From Desulfatiglandales bacterium (GTDB taxonomy: Bacteria > Desulfobacterota > DSM-4660 > Desulfatiglandales > HGW-15): a stretch of DNA of 64,000 nucleotides. The DNA is taken from contig CAXXJJ010000004.1 of the NCBI GenBank assembly GCA_963667015.2, positions 2,976,001-3,040,000 on the forward strand. The letters are read 5' to 3'. This document shows positions 38,585-47,792 of this stretch, in pieces; position 1 is the stretch's first letter; each line of letters starts with the position of its first letter. The notes beneath the pieces are model-generated. The model was given only the letters and a program-made list of their open reading frames with translations. It made no database searches and was not told the origin of the DNA. The position numbers were made by a program, and so were the translations under genes.

Positions 38585-38649
38585 TGTGGAAAGCCGAGGA
38601 TACTGATTAATTGGGAAAGCAAGTAAAAACCAGAGGTAGGAAGGCATTG

Positions 38650-39813
38650 TCAATCAGGTAATTGTTCACAATCTCTCCACCCCAGCACCCCTGTCCCTTT
38701 GTGCTGAAAAGATTCATCTCCGGCATAAATAAGTGACGGTTTACCGGCTTTTTCTCCTGCCAGGGCACACCACTTATTGAGACCTGCATATGCTTCATTT
38801 GTCAGTGTACGGCCAGATTTGATCTCAACAGGATATAGCTGAATTCCCTTTTCAATAAGGAGATCAACCTCATTGCCATTACTGTCTCTCCAGAAGAAAA
38901 AAGCAGGTTTCTCACCCCGGTTCATCCTTGATTTGACCAATTCAGAGATGATAAAGGTTTCAAAGATATTGCCGCGTAATGGATGCGTTATCATTTGTTC
39001 GACTGTTCGAATTCCTAAAAGCCATGATACCAATCCGGCATCATAAAAATAAAGCTTTGGCATTTTAACGAGCCGCTTGTTAAAATTCGCATGATGGGGA
39101 CGCAAAAGAAAAACCAGATAACTGGCTTCCAGTACAGATATCCATGACTTAGCGGTGTTGTGAGTTATGCCGCATTCGATTGCAAGGGAGGAAAGATTTA
39201 AAAGCTGCCCCGACCTTCCTGCACACATCCTCACAAAACGCTGAAAAGTTTCCAGGTCCTGGACTTTAAGCATTTGCCTGATATCCCGTTCGACATACGC
39301 CGTTACATATGGGCTGTACCAGTCCGATGGAGACAGGTTGCGGTCATAAATCGGCGGATAGCACCCGGTTAACATCATTGTATCAATATCTTTTGGTAAC
39401 TGTTTTGCATGCGTGAGTTCATGAACAGAAAAAGGGAGTAACTCAACAAAAGCAGTTCGACCTGCAAGAGATTGTGTAATACCTGACATCAGCCCGAATT
39501 GCTGGGACCCTGTTAATATAAACAGACCCATACGCCCATCATTATCCACTGTTGTTTGAAGATATGATAATAGTTCCGGACATCTTTGCACTTCATCGAG
39601 AACAGCTCCATCAGGAAATCTGGCCAGAAAAGAACGTGGATCTTCCAAGGCGGCCTGTCTCAGATCGGGCTCTTCAAGAGAAGCGTATGGATGATTCTTA
39701 AAAACCGCCCTGGCAAGGGTAGTTTTGCCGGACTGACGCGGACCTGTCAGGGTGACAATGGGGAATCCGGTTAAAAGATTTTCAATAATCTTTTTTGCAT
39801 TTCGATTTATCAT
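38650..39813 (-). CDS. AAA ATPase with DUF4143 domain
   Basis: GPRQSGKT, LDEVQ, LTGS, PKLYFYD, FFWRD..GNEVD, EIKSG. Confidence 0.9.
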   Translation of the reverse strand: MINRNAKKIIENLLTGFPIVTLTGPRQSGKTTLARAVFKNHPYASLEEPDLRQAALEDPRSFLARFPDGAVLDEVQRCPELLSYLQTTVDNDGRMGLFILTGSQQFGLMSGITQSLAGRTAFVELLPFSVHELTHAKQLPKDIDTMMLTGCYPPIYDRNLSPSDWYSPYVTAYVERDIRQMLKVQDLETFQRFVRMCAGRSGQLLNLSSLAIECGITHNTAKSWISVLEASYLVFLLRPHHANFNKRLVKMPKLYFYDAGLVSWLLGIRTVEQMITHPLRGNIFETFIISELVKSRMNRGEKPAFFFWRDSNGNEVDLLIEKGIQLYPVEIKSGRTLTNEAYAGLNKWCALAGEKAGKPSLIYAGDESFQHKGTGVLGWRDCEQLPD

Positions 39814-40300
39814 GGCAAAAGCCTAGTAACATTTATGTAATTTGTCAATAGCTTTTACATATTGCATAAATACTGTTCCGGGTCGACTCCGGGAAAAACC
39901 TGAAATTATTTTAAACCCGGCCTGCCGGGATCTATCCTCTCAAATGGGCTGACAGCCAAAGCGTGACACGATACCAGAACTCCAAAACTGACGGAATTGC
40001 ATATAAAAGTTTTCAATAATCACATCGGGTTGAGAGATATCAGAGATATCTCAGCTTTTGCAGGATTTAAAAAGAATAAAAATATTGTAGATTCAAGCAT
40101 TTCTGATTTATTATCTATTTAATCATTCTTCATTTGAAAATTACTCATAACTATGACAAAAATTCATTTAATCTAGATGAGAATAAGAACGATATGATTC
40201 TGCCCGCAGTAAAGCTGTGATTTTTGTCGAAAGAACAGGTCATATTTATAAAAATAAAAGGGAGCTGTTATTATAACGTCCCTGAAAATAGAGGATATTT

Positions 40301-41605
40301 ATGAGAAACAATATTGTTCATCCCGGAGCAAAAAATTTAGTATACGAGATACGAGAGATTGTTGCGATCGCGCAAAAGATACAAAAAATGGGTGTACCTG
40401 TCATTTGGGAGAATATCGGTGATCCGGTTGAAAAGGGAGAGAAGGTACCTGATTGGATAAAACAGTATATAATCGGTGCATTATCAGAGAATAAAACATA
40501 TGGATACTCTCCAAGCAAGGGGCTCCTGAATGCGCGGGAATATATTGCATATGAGAGGAATATTGAAGGGGGGATTCAAATCACTCCGGATGACATTCTT
40601 TTCTTTAATGGACTTGGTGATGCTATCTCGATGATTTACAGGAATCTCAATCGAAATACCAGAATTATGGGTCCCAACCCTGCCTATCCAACACATTCGT
40701 CTGCAGAAGCAGCACATGCCGATGCACCTTACATTACATATGCGCTGGACCCATATAATGGGTGGCAGCCTGATCTTGAAGAAATGGAACAGAAGATTAA
40801 GACTCACCCTGAGATCTCCGGCATTCTAATCATCAACCCTGACAATCCCACAGGGTTTGTATATGACGTCCGTATCATGAAACAGATTGTTGACCTTGCA
40901 CGCAAGTACGATCTGTTTATTATCTCGGACGAAATTTATTCCAACCTGACCTATGGCGATATTGAATATAAGAAGCTTGCAGCTATTATTGAGGATGTAC
41001 CGGCAATTGGCATGCGAGGTATCTCAAAGGAGTTCCCATGGCCAGGGGCGCGGTGCGGCTGGATCGAGTTCTATAATAGAGACAAAGACAGGGATTTCAA
41101 TGATTTTACCCAGGCGCTTATTAATTCAAAAATGCTTGAGGTATGTTCAACGACACTGCCCCAGAGCGTGATTCCGGCCATTATGAGTGACCAGCGCTAC
41201 TATCCGTATGTTGAAAAGCGCTGTAAAGAATATAAAAGGCGGGCAGAGATCGCCTGTGACCATTTTTCAGGAATTCCCGAGCTGATCGTGAATGCTCCGC
41301 ATGGAGCGTTTTATATGGCTGTGATATTTAAAGATAGGGTTCTTTCAAATACCCAGTCCCTCTATATTGAAAATGAAAAAGTAAGAAGTTTTGCTGAAGA
41401 TATTATTAAAAAGGAGACGATCCTTGACAGGAGGTTTACATATAACCTGCTTGCTTCAACCGGCATTTGTGTCGTTCCGCTTATGTCCGGTTTTAACTCG
41501 ACATACTACGGGTTTCGATTCACTCTCCTGGAACCTGATGAATCAAAATTCACTGAAAGTATAGAAACAATATGCAGGTCAATAAAAGAATATATTTCTT
41601 CGTAG
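40301..41605 (+). CDS. PLP-dependent aminotransferase class I/II (AlaA-like)
   Basis: ENIGDP, INPDNPTG, SDEIY, ISK...PGARCGW. Confidence 0.9.
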   Translation: MRNNIVHPGAKNLVYEIREIVAIAQKIQKMGVPVIWENIGDPVEKGEKVPDWIKQYIIGALSENKTYGYSPSKGLLNAREYIAYERNIEGGIQITPDDILFFNGLGDAISMIYRNLNRNTRIMGPNPAYPTHSSAEAAHADAPYITYALDPYNGWQPDLEEMEQKIKTHPEISGILIINPDNPTGFVYDVRIMKQIVDLARKYDLFIISDEIYSNLTYGDIEYKKLAAIIEDVPAIGMRGISKEFPWPGARCGWIEFYNRDKDRDFNDFTQALINSKMLEVCSTTLPQSVIPAIMSDQRYYPYVEKRCKEYKRRAEIACDHFSGIPELIVNAPHGAFYMAVIFKDRVLSNTQSLYIENEKVRSFAEDIIKKETILDRRFTYNLLASTGICVVPLMSGFNSTYYGFRFTLLEPDESKFTESIETICRSIKEYISS

Positions 41606-41715
41606 ATGCAGGCATCCTGACACGAATAAGTAACCATAGGAAGTAATCTTTTAAAAAGGAGACAGGCCATAGGAAAAGATATTTTTTTCTTTTTATTGGG
41701 AAGCGCAAGGTCTAA

Positions 41716-41867
41716 TACCCCGCCGCAAGCGACACGGGATGGGCCGGTTTGTATCCTTCACTGACCCTCCCCTTCAGGGGGAACCTGCGGAAACCCCATC
41801 GCAGGCAAATGCGGTATCGCAAACAGAAAGAGTTTAATATATTGATCCCGCTTCGATAATCGGGGTA
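41716..41867. repeat. Possible MITE/REP-like element
   Basis: TACCCCG...CGGGGTA ends, GC-rich internal hairpins (CCCCTTCAGGGGG) in AT-rich intergenic DNA. Confidence 0.35.
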
Positions 41868-41895
41868 ACCGTGATATTTATTGATCATCCCTGTT

Positions 41896-42308
41896 TTAGA
41901 GATTTTTTTTAAGCCATGTCACTGTTTCAGGTAAAGTCCTTAATGTTACCTCCGTTCCTGTTTCATTATAGGATTCATTTATGATACGGGCCCTGCCCCT
42001 TAGCTGTCCCAAAAGGTAGCCTTTAGTATAGGGTATCAATATGGTTACCTCTGTCATATCCGATTCGAAAAACTCAAGAATCTTATTTCGCAGGAATTCT
42101 ACATCCCCGGATTTTTTGGCAGAGATGAATATTCCGTCTGGAAATTCAATATGTAACGCTTCCAGCTCATGGCTTGCGAGCTTATCAATTTTGTTCATGA
42201 TCAGCCTGCCCGGTATTTTCTCCCCGCCGATCTCCTTCATGACCGATTTTGTTACAGCCATTTGAGATCTGAAACACCCTGGGTTTGAACAGAAAACAAT
42301 ACTGCCAT
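41896..42308 (-). pseudogene. hflX: hflX GTPase remnant with large internal deletion
   Basis: C-terminal part with NKID (G4) and ISAK (G5); G1-G3 missing; N-terminus-like MAVLFSVQTQGVSD fused out of frame. Confidence 0.75.
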
Positions 42309-42594
42309 TTTCTTTTTTTGGTCATCATTTGATAATTCTATCATTTTATGGTTTGCCTACCGCAGTATACTTTAAATTTTGCTTTTACAGTTTCAGGTGA
42401 ACCTATCGTCTTCTCTTCTTTTTTGATCTATCTTATTTTGTCGCAGGAAATCAGCAGGTCAAAACCGGATGGATGTATTTATGCCTGACAGGAGAGCTGA
42501 AGTGTTTGACGAAACTCACCCAAAATACCTCAAAATATCAAAACATTATAAATTAAAATTGCTTTAACATAAGGATTAAAACTTAAAAAAAGGA

Positions 42595-42903
42595 CTAGAA
42601 AGGAAGCAGCCTGATTTCAATCTCTTCAACTCCCTTTTTCTGTGCCATCTCAAACTCACCGCTGTTGGTGATTGTGAACTCCCTTTCCGTGGCAGCATCA
42701 TTTAACTTTTTTTCTATTTTTTCCGCAGCACGGGCCTCACACTCCACATTAAAATATATCTTTAGATTTTTTTTGTTTGCATCATCAAACTGGACAAGAA
42801 TCGGACTGTGTTCTATAAAAACAAGGTCATCATATGTATATGTTACCTGCATGCCTGCAGCCTGAATTATTTCTTTAGCTATCCCTAACGGTCTAAATGC
42901 CAT
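42595..42903 (-). CDS. Hypothetical protein
   Basis: 102 aa ORF, AAGGA RBS, TYTYDDLVF motif. Confidence 0.7.
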   Translation of the reverse strand: MAFRPLGIAKEIIQAAGMQVTYTYDDLVFIEHSPILVQFDDANKKNLKIYFNVECEARAAEKIEKKLNDAATEREFTITNSGEFEMAQKKGVEEIEIRLLPF

Positions 42904-43082
42904 AATTATTTATTCCTTTCTGTTTAATGCCCTCTATTTATAACATTTCTGCCGGACTATCAATAATTTTAGATAGATGCTGTTTTTCGATTTCTCAGGA
43001 AAAAACAGACCTGGAAAAGAAGACCGACAAATAATGTTTCCGCCGCAAGATGCCGGCCTGTGATCGCCACAAATTCCTGTTT

Positions 43083-44381
43083 TTATGACATGAGATTAGG
43101 TAGGAACAGGACAATCTGCGGAAAGGCTATAAGAACAGCAACCTGAATAAGGTCTGCCATAAGGAATGGAATAATGCCCTTAAAAATCACACTTATCGGC
43201 ACATCGGAAATACCCTTTATTATAAAGACATTCATGCCCACTGGCGGAGTGATAAGTCCCATTTCGGTTACCCTTACAACAAGTATTCCGAACCATATGG
43301 GGTTAAATCCCAGATCTGTGATAAGGGGATAAAATACAGGTATGGTTAAAAGTACGATTGCCATTGAATCCATAATGCATCCCAGCACCAGTGTGATGGC
43401 AAGTATGACAATCAATATGATATAGCTGTTTACAGAAAGATCGCCGACAAGGGAAGCAAGATCAAAGGGAAGCTGGGACACGGAAAGAAAATAACCGAAG
43501 ATCATGGCCCCCATCATTATAAGGAACAGCATGCCTGTTGTTCTTAATGTATTTACAAGGCTTTTATTGAATACCTCCCGGGTAAGTTTTTTACGCACTA
43601 TTGCGAAGAAAAATGTACCGAATGCACCCACTCCTGCGGCCTCAGTCGGGGTAAAAACACCGGCGTATATACCTCCTATTACAACAATAAAGAGAAGTAT
43701 AACCTCCCAGGTCTGTTTGAGTGCATTTGCCTTTTCTCTAAAATCGGTCACCGGCCCCTTTGGCCCCCGATCGGGATAAACTGTTGTCAGTATCCAGACC
43801 GTGGCCATGTAGAACAGCATCTCCATCACGCCCGGTATGAAGCCTGCCAGAAAAAGCCTCCCAATGGACTGTTCCGTTATAATACCGTATATGATGAGTA
43901 TTACGCTTGGGGGAATTAATATACCCACGCTCCCCCCTGCAGCAACTGCGCCGGAGGCAAGGCTGTCATCATACCTGTATTTTCTCATCTCGGGAAGTGC
44001 AACTGCCCCAAGTGTTGCGGCAGTGGCAAGGCTTGAACCGCTTATTGCTGCAAAACAGGCACATGCCACAATGGTTGCCTGTGCAACTCCTCCTCTTAGA
44101 TGTCCCAGCCATTTATAGACAGCCCTGAATAGATTCTCACTCATCCCTGCTGCCAGCGCAAACGACCCCATTAGGACAAACAGCGGAATAACACTCAGAT
44201 TATTGCTTGCAAACGTGGTATAGGGAACTGTCCTGAGGAGACCGAGGGCAGCGTCCATATCTGTAAGGTAGGCAAAACCAAGGAAACCTACGATGGCCAT
44301 ACCCACACCAATGGGAATTCCTGCGAACAGCAGAAAGATAAGAACAATTATTCCGATCAGGCCTATTGTGATTGGTTCCAT
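43083..44381 (-). CDS. dctM: TRAP transporter large permease
   Basis: SGSS.A, ILIPPS, FTPTEAA, ITPPVG. Confidence 0.95.
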   Translation of the reverse strand: MEPITIGLIGIIVLIFLLFAGIPIGVGMAIVGFLGFAYLTDMDAALGLLRTVPYTTFASNNLSVIPLFVLMGSFALAAGMSENLFRAVYKWLGHLRGGVAQATIVACACFAAISGSSLATAATLGAVALPEMRKYRYDDSLASGAVAAGGSVGILIPPSVILIIYGIITEQSIGRLFLAGFIPGVMEMLFYMATVWILTTVYPDRGPKGPVTDFREKANALKQTWEVILLFIVVIGGIYAGVFTPTEAAGVGAFGTFFFAIVRKKLTREVFNKSLVNTLRTTGMLFLIMMGAMIFGYFLSVSQLPFDLASLVGDLSVNSYIILIVILAITLVLGCIMDSMAIVLLTIPVFYPLITDLGFNPIWFGILVVRVTEMGLITPPVGMNVFIIKGISDVPISVIFKGIIPFLMADLIQVAVLIAFPQIVLFLPNLMS

Positions 44382-44875
44382 TTAGATATTGTATGTGTGA
44401 GGGAGTTAATAATTTCAGCCAGAAGCAGAAGACTGAGGATTGCAAATGCCGCTGCGAGTGCGCCTATAAAAGGGTATACCGGGATATAAAGAACCGCGGT
44501 GGTAAGTCTGGATTCATACTCTTCGCCTATATATATAATCGCCTGCCAGGTTATTAAAACAAAAAGGAACAGTGAAATGACGTTCCCTATAAAAGAAAAG
44601 AACGACCTTAGACGGGTGCTGAAATGTTCCAGAACAATATCGACATTCACATGAGACTTTTCACTCGCGCAAAAGACAATGCTGAAGGGCACGATAAGGG
44701 CCATCATAAGTTCAACCAGTTCAAAACTTCCGGTGACAGGACTGTTGAACACATAGCGTAAACAGACATCAGCAGCGGTTAACAGCATCATAGCGGTAAG
44801 TATCCAGATGGCAAGATGCCTGAGGATGAGGACAAGGTATCTGTTAAGTTTATTAAATAGGTTGATCAGCAGCAT
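44363..44875 (-). CDS. dctQ: TRAP transporter small permease
   Basis: DV.LRYVFNSP..GS.EL, HV.VD, 4 TM. Confidence 0.92.
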   Translation of the reverse strand: MLLINLFNKLNRYLVLILRHLAIWILTAMMLLTAADVCLRYVFNSPVTGSFELVELMMALIVPFSIVFCASEKSHVNVDIVLEHFSTRLRSFFSFIGNVISLFLFVLITWQAIIYIGEEYESRLTTAVLYIPVYPFIGALAAAFAILSLLLLAEIINSLTHTISKWNQSQ

Positions 44876-44886
44876 CCTTTATAACT

Positions 44887-45930
44887 TCATTCCTTCAAAA
44901 GTTTCACCGTCGTATCCAGTATATCTCTTGCGTTTTTATATCCCTCTTTCTCCATTTTCTCCACCCACTCATTCCATATGGGTTTCCCGCCAATTTCAAG
45001 CCACCTGTTTATCTCTTCGTCGGGAAGTGAGTATGCGTTTATATCTTTACCGCTTTCCTTACCTAATTTGAGGACTCCTTCTTTTGCCTTGTCGTAATTG
45101 CGTCCCCAGAACTTTGAGCCTTTAAGTCCGCTCACGCTGGAAATGGCTTTTTTTACATCATCCGGTAAAGAGTTCCATTTTCTTTTATTGACAGCTATCG
45201 AAAAATACACCGCCGGAAATGGAGTCTGGGTATAATAATCAGCAACTTCATAAAATCTGTAGGTATGTATCGCTTCCCAGCATGTACCCATTCCATCTAT
45301 AACGCCCTGTTTAAGGGCAAGATAGACATCGGGCATTGGAATAGACATGGGTATTCCGCCCAGGGCCTTCATCTGGTCTGTTGGCGGCCCCCCGGTCATT
45401 CTTACCTTCATGCCCTTGAGATCTTCAAGGGTTTTGACCTGCTTTTTGGTTGTTATAAGCAGATATGGCTCGGTTGTATATAGAAGCAGGATATGATTAT
45501 CATCAAACTGTTTCTTTATCTCCGGAAACGTTTCATATAACGTCCATAATACCTCGCTGCCCTTTTCTCCGGTCTTAAATGGCAGGGCGGGAAGGCTTAT
45601 AACGTCAGCAAGGGGTGTCATTCCCGGCCAGTACCCGTGAAAGCACCATCCCATATCCGCTCTACCGGTCTTAATGGCCGTCCAGTTCTCCTTCCCCTTG
45701 GAAAGGGTCTGGTTCGGATAGATCTGGATCTTCAGTTCATGTTCTGTACTTTTTTTGACAGCATCTTCAACCATATCTGCCCATGGCTGAAGGGCATGAA
45801 CAGGGCCCCATCCTATTTTGGAGTTCTGATCTGAAAATCTTAGTGTAATCTTCTTTGCGCTTGCAGGAAGACTAAACAAAAAAGTCAGGCAAATCGTTAC
45901 AATACAGACAACAGGAAAAATCTTTTTCAT
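44887..45930 (-). CDS. dctP: TRAP transporter substrate-binding protein
   Basis: Signal peptide, DLKGMKVR, VY.AL.QGVIDG. Confidence 0.92.
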   Translation of the reverse strand: MKKIFPVVCIVTICLTFLFSLPASAKKITLRFSDQNSKIGWGPVHALQPWADMVEDAVKKSTEHELKIQIYPNQTLSKGKENWTAIKTGRADMGWCFHGYWPGMTPLADVISLPALPFKTGEKGSEVLWTLYETFPEIKKQFDDNHILLLYTTEPYLLITTKKQVKTLEDLKGMKVRMTGGPPTDQMKALGGIPMSIPMPDVYLALKQGVIDGMGTCWEAIHTYRFYEVADYYTQTPFPAVYFSIAVNKRKWNSLPDDVKKAISSVSGLKGSKFWGRNYDKAKEGVLKLGKESGKDINAYSLPDEEINRWLEIGGKPIWNEWVEKMEKEGYKNARDILDTTVKLLKE

Positions 45931-46163
45931 ACTTTACCTCCTTTTTTATAATCCCTGAATTATCATATTTAATTAAAAATATAAAGGCCTCAAAAAATCA
46001 AAAAGAAGTGGAAATAAGCTGCTGATCCATGATATAAAAGTTTATTCGGTACTCAATTTAACCTGCTGAGAATTTTACATATATTACCGACTGATCCGCT
46101 CATTTGCGAAATTACAATTAAAATGTCCGAAAAATAAGGCTTATCCGGACAGGAGAAAATAAA

Positions 46164-46940
46164 TTGGCTGATTTTAAAAAGATAAAACGCTCAACCAACC
46201 TCTACGAGGATGTAGTAAACGAAATTAAAAAGGCTATCCTCTCAGGAAATTACAAAACAGGTGAAGCCCTTCCGAGTGAAACAGAACTTGCAAGACAGTT
46301 CGGTATCAGCCGTCCTGTTATTCGTGAAGGAATCAGGGTGCTCCAGTCAAGGGGGTTTCTGGAAATAAGAAGAGGAATTACCGGCGGTGCATTTGTGAGG
46401 GAATTATACCAGCTTCCCTTTATGGAAGATTTTGCAGACCTCATCAGATACAGGAGAGTAAAGGTTGACCACCTTGCAAAGGCCAGGCTGCTTCTGGAAC
46501 CGGAAGTCTGCAGGCTCACCGCCCAGAACGCCTCTCAAAAATCGCTCAGGGAAATGCAGACCCTTCTTGATTCCTATGCAGTTATAAAAGAACGGGACAA
46601 ACTGGACCCATTATACGCCATGTTTCACAGGCTGGTAGGACGGGCATGCGGAAATCCCATATACTCCATCATTATGGAAAACATAATGGATTTTACCGAG
46701 AGTTTCATAAGAACCATGAAACCTATTACAATAATAATACACAATGAGAGTGATCACGATGAGATTATGGAGGCCTTCAGAAACAGAGACTCGGAAAAGG
46801 CCGCTGAAGTGGGTACCAGGCATGCCATGGATATTTTAAGGGAAATGAAAAAGCTTGAAGATACCTACCTTGAGCTGCTGGGAGGAAACGTACCTGAGCC
46901 CTATAACGACGATGGTGAGGAAGAGGAAAACAAGAAATAA
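46164..46940 (+). CDS. GntR/FadR-family regulator
   Basis: LPSE.ELARQFGISR..IRE, FCD domain FH...GNP; TTG start after AGGAG. Confidence 0.92.
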   Translation: MADFKKIKRSTNLYEDVVNEIKKAILSGNYKTGEALPSETELARQFGISRPVIREGIRVLQSRGFLEIRRGITGGAFVRELYQLPFMEDFADLIRYRRVKVDHLAKARLLLEPEVCRLTAQNASQKSLREMQTLLDSYAVIKERDKLDPLYAMFHRLVGRACGNPIYSIIMENIMDFTESFIRTMKPITIIIHNESDHDEIMEAFRNRDSEKAAEVGTRHAMDILREMKKLEDTYLELLGGNVPEPYNDDGEEEENKK

Positions 46941-46973
46941 AAAAAGGCCCTGATCCGGGATCAGGGCCTTTTT
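46941..46973. terminator. Bidirectional intrinsic terminator
   Basis: AAAAAGGCCCTGATC-CGG-GATCAGGGCCTTTTT between convergent genes. Confidence 0.9.
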
Positions 46974-46982
46974 ATTTAAATG

Positions 46983-47792
46983 TTATTTAAGTGGTATATC
47001 ACCAAGGTTTCTATCATCATCTGTACAGATTGAATCAATTGTTACAACTTTTTTACCCTTTTTAATCTTGAGTGAAAATGTCCGGTTATCTTTCAATCCT
47101 CTAAACCAGAAATCACCCCATGCATTGGTTTCGGTTGTAAATGTTTCCTTGCTTTCACAATCTTTAAGAGTTGCCTTGGCACCTGTGATAACATCATTTT
47201 TTTCCGGGTCATAGAGCGTTCCTGCTACCCATTTTTTAGGAGTATTCAGGTAATGTACCCTTGTCTTGATTTTGACACCCGGCTTAATGGGTTCTGCCTT
47301 TGATATATATTTCTTGAGATCCTTTTCTTCACCAAATTTCAGGGCATCAGTAGGACAGTTATCCACACACCTTGGAACTTCCCATCCGTCATCAAGAAGA
47401 TGCGCACAGCCCGTACACTTCTGGGCTATATTGAGACCGCTGTTCATAAAAATGGCGTCATAGGGGCAGACATCCATGCAGAGCTTGCATCCGGTACATT
47501 TTTCAGGATCAATAACTACAAGGCCATCATCCCTTTTATATATGGCCTCAACCTTACAGGCCTTCATACAGGGGGCATCCACACAGTGCATGCAGAGCAT
47601 TGGAACATAGGTTACCATAACCTTGGGCACGGTTCCCCTTACTGTTTCTTTAATTCCAAGCCAGAACTGGCCTGTATCCGGCTGTGGCTTGGCATAGGGG
47701 GTCCAGTCATTGCCCACATGCTCGTCTTTACAGGCGATCTGGCATGCGTAGCATCCGTTACATACAGAAAGATCAATTACAAATGCTTTCAT
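46983..47792 (-). CDS. 4Fe-4S beta subunit, pyrogallol transhydroxylase small-subunit-like
   Basis: Four Cys clusters, CKDEH, KCTGCAHLLD; C-terminal beta domain ETN.WGDF. Confidence 0.88.
   Translation of the reverse strand: MKAFVIDLSVCNGCYACQIACKDEHVGNDWTPYAKPQPDTGQFWLGIKETVRGTVPKVMVTYVPMLCMHCVDAPCMKACKVEAIYKRDDGLVVIDPEKCTGCKLCMDVCPYDAIFMNSGLNIAQKCTGCAHLLDDGWEVPRCVDNCPTDALKFGEEKDLKKYISKAEPIKPGVKIKTRVHYLNTPKKWVAGTLYDPEKNDVITGAKATLKDCESKETFTTETNAWGDFWFRGLKDNRTFSLKIKKGKKVVTIDSICTDDDRNLGDIPLK

Noticed and set aside
39831..39871. Imperfect dyad upstream of the AAA ATPase as a novel element
   Set aside because: Probably an ordinary operator over the promoter; too degenerate to support more.
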